Positions 17,240-26,778 of a stretch of DNA of 38,851 nt are shown piece after piece. This DNA comes from Myxococcota bacterium (GTDB lineage: Bacteria > Myxococcota_A > Polyangia > Polyangiales > Houyiibacteriaceae): NCBI GenBank assembly GCA_039201085.1, contig JBCCRV010000001.1, forward strand, positions 1-38,851. Reading direction: 5' to 3'. A program made the position numbers and the translations under genes. Numbering within the stretch: the first letter of the stretch is position 1; each line of letters opens with the position of its first letter. The notes under the pieces were generated by a model. That model was not told where the DNA came from and ran no database searches. It worked only from the letters and a program-made list of their open reading frames with translations.

Positions 17240-17751
17240 AGCGCGTTGCGCTCGCCGCGTTCGTGCTCGCGTTTGCGGGCTGTTCGAGCGACGAAGGGTT
17301 TGCCGCGAGCTGTGGCGGCGCTGCGATCACCAACTGCCTCCCCTTTGAGGCATCGGTCATCACGGAAGCGACCGCCGAGCCGAATGAGCTCACGCTCGAC
17401 GACCTCAGCGAAAACCTGCGCGTGCAATTGCGCTTTGATGTCTGCGAACAGAACCCGCGACCCCACGAGGTCGCCGTGGCCGTTCGCATCGGCGAGGGCG
17501 AAGAAGCGCAGGTAGTCGACATTCTCACCCTCCGCGACGACGGCCGAAACGGGGACGCGACGGCCAGCGACGGCGAGATTGACGTCGAGGTCGTCAACCC
17601 CTTCGTGAACCCGCTCTTGCCAACGCGTGAGAACGTTTTCCTTCGCTTTCAGGTTCGTTCGACCCGCGACTGCTCGAGCGGCACCTGCGTGGGCGGCACC
17701 TGCGTGAGCGAGCTCTTCGAGATCCCCTACCGCACGGGCACCCGACTCTGA
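17236..17751 (+). CDS. Small Cys-containing lipoprotein (171 aa), hypothetical
   Basis: ATG at 17236 overlaps the glycosyltransferase stop (ATGA). Lipobox MKRVALAAFVLAFAGC|SS. C-terminal CSSGTCVGGTCVS motif. Confidence 0.7.
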   Translation: MKRVALAAFVLAFAGCSSDEGFAASCGGAAITNCLPFEASVITEATAEPNELTLDDLSENLRVQLRFDVCEQNPRPHEVAVAVRIGEGEEAQVVDILTLRDDGRNGDATASDGEIDVEVVNPFVNPLLPTRENVFLRFQVRSTRDCSSGTCVGGTCVSELFEIPYRTGTRL

Positions 17752-17763
17752 TAAGCCGGTGCC

Positions 17764-19236
<1,473 letters not shown>

Positions 19237-19324
19237 TGGGCGTCGCGAGTTCCTCCGCCTGCGCGCGCGCGTTGCGCCCGTACAATCCTTGCGGCCGCGC
19301 GTGCATAGCGGCGCCGTTCCGTTG

Positions 19325-19948
19325 ATGGACCTCTGCACCCATGGCTCGCCGTCCGAGGAAGCCGCCCGCCGGCTGGCGCGAATGCTCACCTCCGATTCGC
19401 CGCGCCTTGCCGTCAGCGGGGGCAGCGCACTCACCGTGCTTCCATTGCTCCGCGTACTCATGGGGCCGGCGCACGCAGCGCTCCGCCTAACCTATGCCGA
19501 CGAGCGTGCGGTGCCCTTCGAGTCGGACCAATCGAACGCGGGGGCCACGCGCACCTTTGTCAGCGGCGTGCGCGATGAGCTCCGCCTTTACCGCGATGGC
19601 GAATCGCTGGAGCAGGCCCAGGTGCGCGCCAGCCGCGCCTTCGACGAACGCTTCGGCGGGCTGGACGCCGTCCTGCTCGGATTGGGCGCCGACGGGCACA
19701 TCGCGTCGCACTTCACAGGCGTGGACGTGGAACCGACGGACGTCCCTGTGCAGCTCGTACGCGACAGTCCGAAACCGCCAAGGGAACGACTCACGCTTTC
19801 GATGGACGTGCTTGCCGCTACGGAGGCGGTGATCTTCGCGACCGGCGAAGGCAAACGGGCGGCGATTGAAGCGGCGCTTGGGGGCGGAACGACGCTGCCG
19901 ACGGCGCGGCTCAAACGCTGCACGATCGTCACCGATCTGGCGATATAG
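19325..19948 (+). CDS. pgl: 6-phosphogluconolactonase
   Basis: LAVSGGSA and GLGADGHIAS motifs of the 6PGL/NagB family, located directly after zwf. The start is uncertain: the ORF track begins at a TTG (19289), and ATG 19325 is chosen here. Confidence 0.8.
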   Translation: MDLCTHGSPSEEAARRLARMLTSDSPRLAVSGGSALTVLPLLRVLMGPAHAALRLTYADERAVPFESDQSNAGATRTFVSGVRDELRLYRDGESLEQAQVRASRAFDERFGGLDAVLLGLGADGHIASHFTGVDVEPTDVPVQLVRDSPKPPRERLTLSMDVLAATEAVIFATGEGKRAAIEAALGGGTTLPTARLKRCTIVTDLAI

Positions 19949-20082
19949 CCAACCGCGCGAGCGCTGGGCACCGCTACCGATGGCGCCGGCGCGAGAAGCC
20001 CTACACCTGCGCCCCAGGCCCATCGATTCGCCGTCCGCACTTCACTGCACGGCGTTGAGACGCAGCTGGTAGGCTCCGGCCC

Positions 20083-22365
20083 ATGAGCCTGCAAGACGAT
20101 GCGCTCGAGTACCACCGGAAGGGACGGCCCGGAAAGATCGAGGTCGTACCGACGAAGAGCGTGGGCACCCAGCGCGAGCTGAGCTTGGCCTACTCGCCCG
20201 GCGTCGCCGAGCCCTGCCGGGTCATTGCGAAGGAGCCGAACCGCGTCGGCGAGTTTACGGCCCGCCGCAATCTCGTGGCCGTGATCACCAACGGCTCGGC
20301 TGTGCTCGGCCTTGGCAATATTGGACCGCTGGCCGCCAAGCCCGTGATGGAGGGCAAGGCTGTGCTCTTCAAAAAGTACGCGGACATCGACGTTTTCGAC
20401 ATCGAGGTTGACGCGTCCGATCCGGAGCGCTTCATCGATGTGGTGGCTGCGCTGGAGCCGACTTTTGGCGGCATCAATCTCGAAGACATCAAGGCACCGG
20501 AGTGCTTTGCGATCGAAGAGGCGCTCGAAGACCGCCTTTCGATTCCCGTCTTTCACGACGACCAGCACGGCACGGCGATCATTAGTGCGGCGGCGCTGCG
20601 CAACGCCGCCGAGCTGCAGAACCACAACTTCGACGAGATGCGCGTCACGTGCATCGGCGCCGGGGCGGCGGCCATCGGCTGTATGCGCCTTTGGACGCAC
20701 CTTGGCGTTCGCGCCGAGAACATCACCTTGGTCGATCTTGACGGCGTCATTCGCGAGGACCGCGGTGATTTGGATCACTGGCGCCGGACCTTCGCGCGCC
20801 CGGCGAGCGATCCACGCCGAACGCTTGAGGAGGCCGTCGCCGATTCGCACGTGCTGATCGGTCTCAGCGCCGGCGGCATCGTCAGCGAAGCGATGCTGAA
20901 GACCATGGCCGAGCGGCCCATCGTGTTTGCGCTCGCCAACCCGGACCCGGAAATCGGCTATGAAGCGGCGCGTCGCGCAAGGCCCGACGCCGTGGTTGGT
21001 ACGGGCCGCACCGACTTCCCGAACCAGGTCAATAACGTCCTCGGCTTTCCCTACCTCTTTCGCGGCGCCCTCGATGTGCGCGCCACACACATCAACGTGG
21101 AGATGAAGGTGGCCGCGGCACGCGCCCTTGCCCGCCTTGCGCGCGAAGGCGTGACGGACGCCGTACTCGAAGCCTACGGTGACGATTCGATCAAATTTGG
21201 CCGCGACTACATCATCCCCAAGCCCATGGACGCACGCTCGCTCCATTGGGTGGCCCCGGCCGTGGCGGAGGCGGCGATGGAGTCGGGCGTTGCGCAGGAA
21301 CCGCTCGACGTGCGCGAGTACCGCCATTCGCTGTTGCGCAAGCTGAGCCCTACGCGTCGGGTCATGTGGCACGTCACGGGCGTTGCCCGAAAAGACCCGC
21401 GCCGCGTGGTCTTTCCCGAGGGCGAAGAGGACGCGATCCTACGGGCCGCGGATATCGTGCAGAGCGATCGCATCGCCCTGCCCGTACTCCTCGGACGACC
21501 GCACGTGATCAAGCAGCGCGCGGCGACGCTTGGCATCGACATGACGGGCGTCGAGATGGTCGACTCTGAATCGCTACCGAAGCTCGACCACTACACGGAC
21601 GTCCTGTGGGAAAAGCGGCAGCGCCGAGGTCTTACGCACACGCGCGCCCGCCGCCAGCTTGAACGCAGCCGCACGACCTACGCGATGACGATGCTGGCGG
21701 CCGGCGATGTGGACGGCGTGGTCTCCGGCTTGACGTCGTCCTACCCGGAAACGATTCGGCCGGCCCTTCAGATCATCGGTACGGCGCCGGGCGTGAAGCG
21801 CGCATGCGGTTGCTACATGGTGATCACCAAGGACGGCGTTCGCTTTCTCGCCGATACCACCGTCAACATCGATCCCGACGAGGACACGCTTGTCGAGTCG
21901 GCTTTGCTCACCGCGGACCTCGCCCGAGAGCTTGGCGTCACGCCGCGCGTGGCGATGCTCTCGTTTTCCAACTTTGGGGACGCACCGCACCCGGCCCAGG
22001 CCAAGGTGGCGCGGGCGACGGCCGCGATTCGGCGCCGCCGCCCGGACCTGGAGATCGACGGCGAGATGCAGGCCGACGTCGCGCTCCTCGAGTCGGCCCG
22101 AGGACCGTACCCGTTCATGCGCCTTTCGGGCCCGGCCAACGTGCTCGTCTTTCCCAACCTCGGTGCGGGCAACATTGCCTACAAGCTCCTCGCGTCGACG
22201 GGCCATGAAGTTGTGGGCCCCCTCGTGCTCGGCATGGCGAAGTCCGTGAACGTGCTGCACCAAGGCGCCAGCGTCTCCACGATTGTGCACATGACCTCGC
22301 TCACGGTGGCCCACGCGATTCGCCTCGACAGCGGCCGCGCAAGCCTTCCGCCGTCGCTAGGCTAG
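20083..22365 (+). CDS. maeB: NADP-dependent malic enzyme with C-terminal phosphate acetyltransferase-like domain
   Basis: [26 protein letters not shown] and [10 protein letters not shown] malic-enzyme motifs. 760 aa with a PTA-like C-terminal half, as in MaeB. Confidence 0.93.
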   Translation: MSLQDDALEYHRKGRPGKIEVVPTKSVGTQRELSLAYSPGVAEPCRVIAKEPNRVGEFTARRNLVAVITNGSAVLGLGNIGPLAAKPVMEGKAVLFKKYADIDVFDIEVDASDPERFIDVVAALEPTFGGINLEDIKAPECFAIEEALEDRLSIPVFHDDQHGTAIISAAALRNAAELQNHNFDEMRVTCIGAGAAAIGCMRLWTHLGVRAENITLVDLDGVIREDRGDLDHWRRTFARPASDPRRTLEEAVADSHVLIGLSAGGIVSEAMLKTMAERPIVFALANPDPEIGYEAARRARPDAVVGTGRTDFPNQVNNVLGFPYLFRGALDVRATHINVEMKVAAARALARLAREGVTDAVLEAYGDDSIKFGRDYIIPKPMDARSLHWVAPAVAEAAMESGVAQEPLDVREYRHSLLRKLSPTRRVMWHVTGVARKDPRRVVFPEGEEDAILRAADIVQSDRIALPVLLGRPHVIKQRAATLGIDMTGVEMVDSESLPKLDHYTDVLWEKRQRRGLTHTRARRQLERSRTTYAMTMLAAGDVDGVVSGLTSSYPETIRPALQIIGTAPGVKRACGCYMVITKDGVRFLADTTVNIDPDEDTLVESALLTADLARELGVTPRVAMLSFSNFGDAPHPAQAKVARATAAIRRRRPDLEIDGEMQADVALLESARGPYPFMRLSGPANVLVFPNLGAGNIAYKLLASTGHEVVGPLVLGMAKSVNVLHQGASVSTIVHMTSLTVAHAIRLDSGRASLPPSLG

Positions 22366-22368
22366 CGA

Positions 22369-24174
22369 CTACCGAGCCGAGCTAAATTCCAGCGCGCCAA
22401 CGTCGACCTGGCCGTCGCGTGGGTGGTTGAAGAAGTCGTCTTGAGGAAGGTCGTCCATCGTCGAATCGCCGGCGTTGATCGCGGCGCTATCCGGCGCGAT
22501 GGCGAAGATACCGCGGCTGATGTCGAGGGTGATCGCCGGGTCGGCTTCGATGACTTCGCCCTCCTCCGAGCCGGGACGCCCGCCGAAGACGAGGTTGTTG
22601 CGAACCACGGTGTATCCCTCGCCGCCGAAGTAGTCCTTGGACGGGTCACTCAGGTGCACGATGTTGTTCACGAAGACCGTGCTTAGGGCTCCTCGCCGGT
22701 CGATGATGAAGCCCTTTCCCACGGTGTTATAGAGCGTGTTGTTGACGAATACTCCATGGCCGTTGCGGTTGAACATCGCTGGAAAGTCGTCTTGGCCGCA
22801 GGCCACCGCAAGGTTGTTGTAGACATAGGTCGGCTCCGGTTCGACGGGCTCGCCCTCGTCCCAGGACTGATCGAACACAGCGATCGCGCGGCTCGGTGAG
22901 CCAGAGCAATCCACGACGTTGTGGTGAATGCGGTGCGACTTGAGGTACTGGCCGTCGCCGCAGCGGTCTTCTTGGTGGTTCACGATGAAGTGGGGCCCTC
23001 GATCGAAGGAGTTGTCGAACGAATGGTTGTACGCGACTTCGGCGCCGCGCGTATGGGCGCAGCCGTTGAGGTAGATCGAGTGATCGAGACGGTTTCCGGA
23101 ACGTGCGCCGTGCACGGCGTTGCCCAGGATCACCGGGCCGTCGCCGGCGATGATGATGCCCGTTCCGGAAACGAAGTTGGTGGTTCCAACGAGATCGTTG
23201 CCGACGGCGCGCCCATAGGGGCCGACGGCGATGCCCGTACCAAAGGCCATGCTGTGAACCTTGGCGATCGTGATGTGACGTGAGTCGACGTCGATGCTGC
23301 GGTTGAAGTTCGCCCGCGTACCGTCGGTGATCGAGTCAAACATGGCGATTTCGTTTGGGTAGCCGACGAAGGCGATGGGCGCGTCGGCGGTACCGGATGT
23401 TTCGGTGTCGCGAATCCAAATGTTGGCTTTGCCGCCGTTGTACTTTCGGTTGAAGACGCCTTCGCGCAGGTAGGCGATGTCTCCTGGCTGCATGGTGTCG
23501 ATGAAGTCCTCGGGGTCGCCAAAGGGATCGTCGATCGTGCCCCGTCCGTTGCCCTCGCCGGCGTTTGCGTCGATGAAGAAGATGCGTCCTTCGCCGATGC
23601 GAAAGGGAAGGGCGTTCGACTCGACGCCGTTCACGCTGACAACGATCTCGCCCTCGCCCTCGTCGATCCCATCGTGCAGCTGAAAGGTGATGGTCTGCAG
23701 GAAGGGCACAGGGTTGTTCGTTTCGCCCCAGTCATCAACATAGTCGGCTTCAGCGCGTAGCTCCGTACCGTTGACGCGGACAAAGCTGTCGCCCCGTTCA
23801 TTTCCGAAGTTGCGGCCCCACACGGTGACAACGGCGCCGCGCGTCGGTTCGGCACCGCTCCAGCCCGAGTTGGGCGCAAAGGTGAGGTCGACGAACGCGA
23901 GCACCGGGTTGCCCGCTGGGGGCACCAGCAGACCGCCGTCTACGCCCGCTTCGGAGCCCACTCCGGCATCCACGGGCACAAGTCCGGCTTCCCGGCCCCC
24001 ATCGGGGCGGTCGATTGGCTGGTCAGGCTGCCGTGCGTCGACCGGTAGAGCCTGGTCGAGCACTTCCATGTCGCTCCCAGCCCCCGCGTCAGGGTTCGCT
24101 CCCGGCGGCGCGTCGTCGCCGCAGCCCAGGGCGAGGCAGCATAGGGTGAGGGCGAAGGCGTAGCGTTCGTTCAT
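22369..24174 (-). CDS. Secreted lipoprotein with IPT/TIG-like domain and right-handed parallel beta-helix region (putative polysaccharide-active enzyme or adhesin)
   Basis: Lipobox MNERYAFALTLCCLALGC|G. The IPT-like segment GAVVTVWGRNFG...GEIVVSVNGVESNALPF is followed by GTIDDPFG...PGDIAYLREGVF and repeated N/G-rich turns (NNLAV, NNTLY, NNIVH, RNNLVF) typical of pectate-lyase-fold beta-helices. Confidence 0.7.
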   Translation of the reverse strand: MNERYAFALTLCCLALGCGDDAPPGANPDAGAGSDMEVLDQALPVDARQPDQPIDRPDGGREAGLVPVDAGVGSEAGVDGGLLVPPAGNPVLAFVDLTFAPNSGWSGAEPTRGAVVTVWGRNFGNERGDSFVRVNGTELRAEADYVDDWGETNNPVPFLQTITFQLHDGIDEGEGEIVVSVNGVESNALPFRIGEGRIFFIDANAGEGNGRGTIDDPFGDPEDFIDTMQPGDIAYLREGVFNRKYNGGKANIWIRDTETSGTADAPIAFVGYPNEIAMFDSITDGTRANFNRSIDVDSRHITIAKVHSMAFGTGIAVGPYGRAVGNDLVGTTNFVSGTGIIIAGDGPVILGNAVHGARSGNRLDHSIYLNGCAHTRGAEVAYNHSFDNSFDRGPHFIVNHQEDRCGDGQYLKSHRIHHNVVDCSGSPSRAIAVFDQSWDEGEPVEPEPTYVYNNLAVACGQDDFPAMFNRNGHGVFVNNTLYNTVGKGFIIDRRGALSTVFVNNIVHLSDPSKDYFGGEGYTVVRNNLVFGGRPGSEEGEVIEADPAITLDISRGIFAIAPDSAAINAGDSTMDDLPQDDFFNHPRDGQVDVGALEFSSAR

Positions 24175-24237
24175 GCCTTCAAACGTAGGAGAAAGCGCGC
24201 GAAGCTTAGCGCGAACGTCAGCCCGTTTAAGGCGGAT

Positions 24238-25143
24238 TCAGACGAGCGCGCGGCGTTGGTCCGCGAGCAGCTCGATCACGATTTCCCGGTGCCGCGCGTG
24301 CATGTCCTTGTTCATCGCGTGGTCGTTGGCTTCAAAGACTTCCATCGTGGCGTCGAGGCCCAACTCGCGGAGCCTCGCGATGAGGGCCACGGCGGGGCTC
24401 GCCTTCACGATCGGATCGCCCCGGCCGTGCATCGCGTGAATCGGCGGGTAGACCTTGCCCTGCTGCACGTTCTCGTCGACGAGAAAGTTCGGCATCCATC
24501 CGGCAACAGGAACGGCGCCGCCGATGCGCGGCGCGTGCCGAAGGGCCAAGGCAAGGGTCATCATGGCGCCCTGCGAAAAGCCCGTCACCACGGGCCGTCC
24601 AAGGGTGGGGCGGCGGCTGACCAGCTCGCGCAGCATTTTGTCGACCACGTCCGACTGCTCGCGAATGTAGTGGCCGAGCACCTTCTCGTCGCGGCTTCGG
24701 TCCGTCACGCTGAGCGGGTACCACGTGTAGCCATCGCCGAGCCGGTCCGGCGCCCAGGGAAAGATGAGGCGCGTTTGGGGCGTGCCGCCGTGGTCGCCCT
24801 GGGGGAGGTGCGGTTGGTCGCCGCGCCCATGAAAGTGCACGAGCATCGGAAGTCGATCGTCCAGCTCGGCCTTGCCGAGCACCACCTCCGTAACGCGGAG
24901 CCCCACGAGTTCATGTTCACGAACCTGCACGAAGCGGCTCCCTTCGGGCGGAGGTGCGTAGGCCCCGCTGAGTGATTTCAGTGTGTTGCCCGGCCGATCC
25001 GTGAGGTGGACGGAGCTGAGGACGCCGAGCGTTCCAAGACCGGTAGCCTGAAGCCATGCGCGTCGGCCGCGTCGGCCGATCACGCGTTCGCCCCGAGGCG
25101 TGGACGTTGTTGCGCCGTGATCCGGATGGGGCATCGCTTCCAT
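24238..25143 (-). CDS. Phospholipase/carboxylesterase-family alpha/beta hydrolase with twin-arginine-like signal (exported paralog)
   Basis: Start is taken at ATG 25143 (MEAMPH...) because the longer listed ORF overlaps the upstream gene. GRRGRRAWLQATGLGTLGVLSS resembles a Tat signal. LVHFHGRGD, nucleophile elbow GFSQGAMM, HGRGDP and a late His complete the triad. Confidence 0.75.
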   Translation of the reverse strand: MEAMPHPDHGATTSTPRGERVIGRRGRRAWLQATGLGTLGVLSSVHLTDRPGNTLKSLSGAYAPPPEGSRFVQVREHELVGLRVTEVVLGKAELDDRLPMLVHFHGRGDQPHLPQGDHGGTPQTRLIFPWAPDRLGDGYTWYPLSVTDRSRDEKVLGHYIREQSDVVDKMLRELVSRRPTLGRPVVTGFSQGAMMTLALALRHAPRIGGAVPVAGWMPNFLVDENVQQGKVYPPIHAMHGRGDPIVKASPAVALIARLRELGLDATMEVFEANDHAMNKDMHARHREIVIELLADQRRALV

Positions 25144-25273
25144 TCTGTGGCCAATCGCGTGCAGACCCCAGGGACGGAACGACCGGCGTCCAAGGAAGCC
25201 GCGATAAGGGGGTTCGGTCCAGCAACCGCGCTGGTGCTCCGGCCAGAGGAATCGGTACCCAATGACTGCCGTG

Positions 25274-26287
25274 CTAAATGAGCGGCGGGAAGTTCTGGCA
25301 AGCGACGTTGAAGGTGTTGAGGGCTGTTTCGAGGCTGCCGGCCAAGTCGCCGTCGCAAATGGACGAAAATACGGCGTTCTCGCCGGCTTGGCGCACGAAC
25401 TCCTGAAGACGCGTCGCTTCCGTGGCATCGCCGAAGCGGGACGAGCACGTGCCGGGACCCGGACCGGCGATCACGGACATGGCCCATCGGCCCCGGTCGC
25501 CTTTGGCGCTGTCGAGGGCCGCGAGCACCTGACCGATCGGCGTGATCGTTGGGGCGTCGGCGTTGCAAATGTCGGCGCCGGCAACGGGGTTGCTGAAGTC
25601 CACTTCGAGGCGGAGCGTGTCTTCGGGCCGGGAGCAATCGTCTTCGTCCGTAAGAATGATGACCGCAAGCAGGGCGTCGTTACGGAAAAAAGCGCGGTTC
25701 GAGTTGTCGGCGACGCGGTCCGCGACGGCGAACTGGGTCATGAGCAGGGGCATTTCGGTTCCCGAGCCACTCGTACCAACGTTGGCGAGGCAGGAGAACT
25801 TGCCCGTCACGTCGGGGTCAACGCTGTCGATCCAAGGCTGGGTCATGCCGCACTCGGCGGGCTGAAGGAGCCGGCCGGACGGGCCGTCCTCCATGATCGT
25901 CATCGACTGGGGCGGCTGGCCGGGCAGCCCGAACACGATCTCCGTCGTCAGGTCCTTGCCGGTCGTGGTCACGGCGACGCGGTAGTCGAGCGGGTTGCCC
26001 GCATCGGTCCGAAACTCGTTCAGGACCTCCACAAAGCGCGGAAAGTTCGTCGCGAGGTTGCCCTGCTCCTCGGCCATCGATCCCGAATCATCGACGACGA
26101 AGAGAATGTCCATCTTCTGGCAGGTGTCTTCCGCGGGAGGCAGCTCGGGGGTGTTGCCGTCGATCATCCCCGTTTCCGCGCCGCCGCCGAGGTCCGGATC
26201 GGGCCCGCCATCGCGGGTCACGACGCGCGAGTCGCTGCCGCAGCCAAAGAGGCAAAGGACGAGGGACAAGGTAAGGAAAACGCGCAC
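25274..26287 (-). CDS. Secreted von Willebrand factor A (VWA) domain lipoprotein
   Basis: GTG at 26287 with GGAGG about 7 nt upstream. Lipobox VRVFLTLSLVLCLFGC|GS. MIDAS motif DILFVVDDSGSM. The longer ATG-26455 version overlaps the upstream gene and is rejected. Confidence 0.8.
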   Translation of the reverse strand: MRVFLTLSLVLCLFGCGSDSRVVTRDGGPDPDLGGGAETGMIDGNTPELPPAEDTCQKMDILFVVDDSGSMAEEQGNLATNFPRFVEVLNEFRTDAGNPLDYRVAVTTTGKDLTTEIVFGLPGQPPQSMTIMEDGPSGRLLQPAECGMTQPWIDSVDPDVTGKFSCLANVGTSGSGTEMPLLMTQFAVADRVADNSNRAFFRNDALLAVIILTDEDDCSRPEDTLRLEVDFSNPVAGADICNADAPTITPIGQVLAALDSAKGDRGRWAMSVIAGPGPGTCSSRFGDATEATRLQEFVRQAGENAVFSSICDGDLAGSLETALNTFNVACQNFPPLI

Positions 26288-26369
26288 AGGACCTCCAAGG
26301 CGCCCACTATAGCCGCCCAATTTGTTCGCGTCACATGAATGCCAAACCGATCGCTCCCCGTCTTTGGCC

Positions 26370-26741
26370 TCAGTCGCGGCGGTCCGAGATGATGGACGCC
26401 TCAAGGGTGTTTGAGGCGTTTCCGGACCGGTCCCGGGCCTCGAAGCGAAGCGCAAGGGTGCCTTCGCTCGGAGGCTGGAGCTGCAGAATGACGTTGACGC
26501 GACCTTGGGTCAGGCCCGCAGCGCCACTCACCGCCACCGTCTGCGGAGGCGTGCCATCGACGTCCACGCGGAGCTCGAGTAGGTCGCCATCGGGATCGGT
26601 AAAGTCGATGTCGGCCCGGACTTCGGTGAGTTCGCCGGCCCAGACCCGGTCGGGCGAGAGCGTGACGTTGGCCAGAGTGGGCGGCGAACCCTCGCTTGCG
26701 CATCCCCAGAGAACGAAGACCAGCCATAGCGTGTGCTTCAT
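26370..26741 (-). CDS. Small lipoprotein (123 aa), probably a single beta-sandwich/Ig-like domain
   Basis: ATG at 26741. Lipobox MKHTLWLVFVLWGC|AS. The rest shows an alternating beta-strand pattern (VRADIDFTDPDGDLLELRVDVDG...). No family recognised. Confidence 0.6.
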   Translation of the reverse strand: MKHTLWLVFVLWGCASEGSPPTLANVTLSPDRVWAGELTEVRADIDFTDPDGDLLELRVDVDGTPPQTVAVSGAAGLTQGRVNVILQLQPPSEGTLALRFEARDRSGNASNTLEASIISDRRD

Positions 26742-26778
26742 GGCGCGGACGATGACGGTCGACGGATGTTAATTCGAA

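Noticed and set aside
19588-21372. 594-aa ORF antisense to pgl/maeB. The 504-aa ORF at 36607-38121 (+) opposite the 534-aa lipoprotein gene is a similar case.
   Set aside because: Shadow ORFs of high-GC genes with no recognisable motifs or start context.
24226-24238. 13-nt motif TTTAAGGCGGATT shared with 11112-11124, both next to gene ends
   Set aside because: A single 13-mer match is within chance expectation for all-against-all comparison of a 39-kb window on two strands. Orientation relative to the adjacent genes differs, and the flanks do not extend the match.
25144-25428. Long N-terminal extensions in the ORF track for the esterase (to 25428), the VWA gene (to 26455) and the 534-aa lipoprotein (to 38388)
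   Set aside because: Each extension overlaps the upstream gene on the same strand and is Arg/Pro-rich. In each case an internal start immediately precedes a signal peptide, with an SD or an ATGA coupling for the VWA and 534-aa lipoprotein genes; the esterase start has neither and rests on the Tat-like signal alone.
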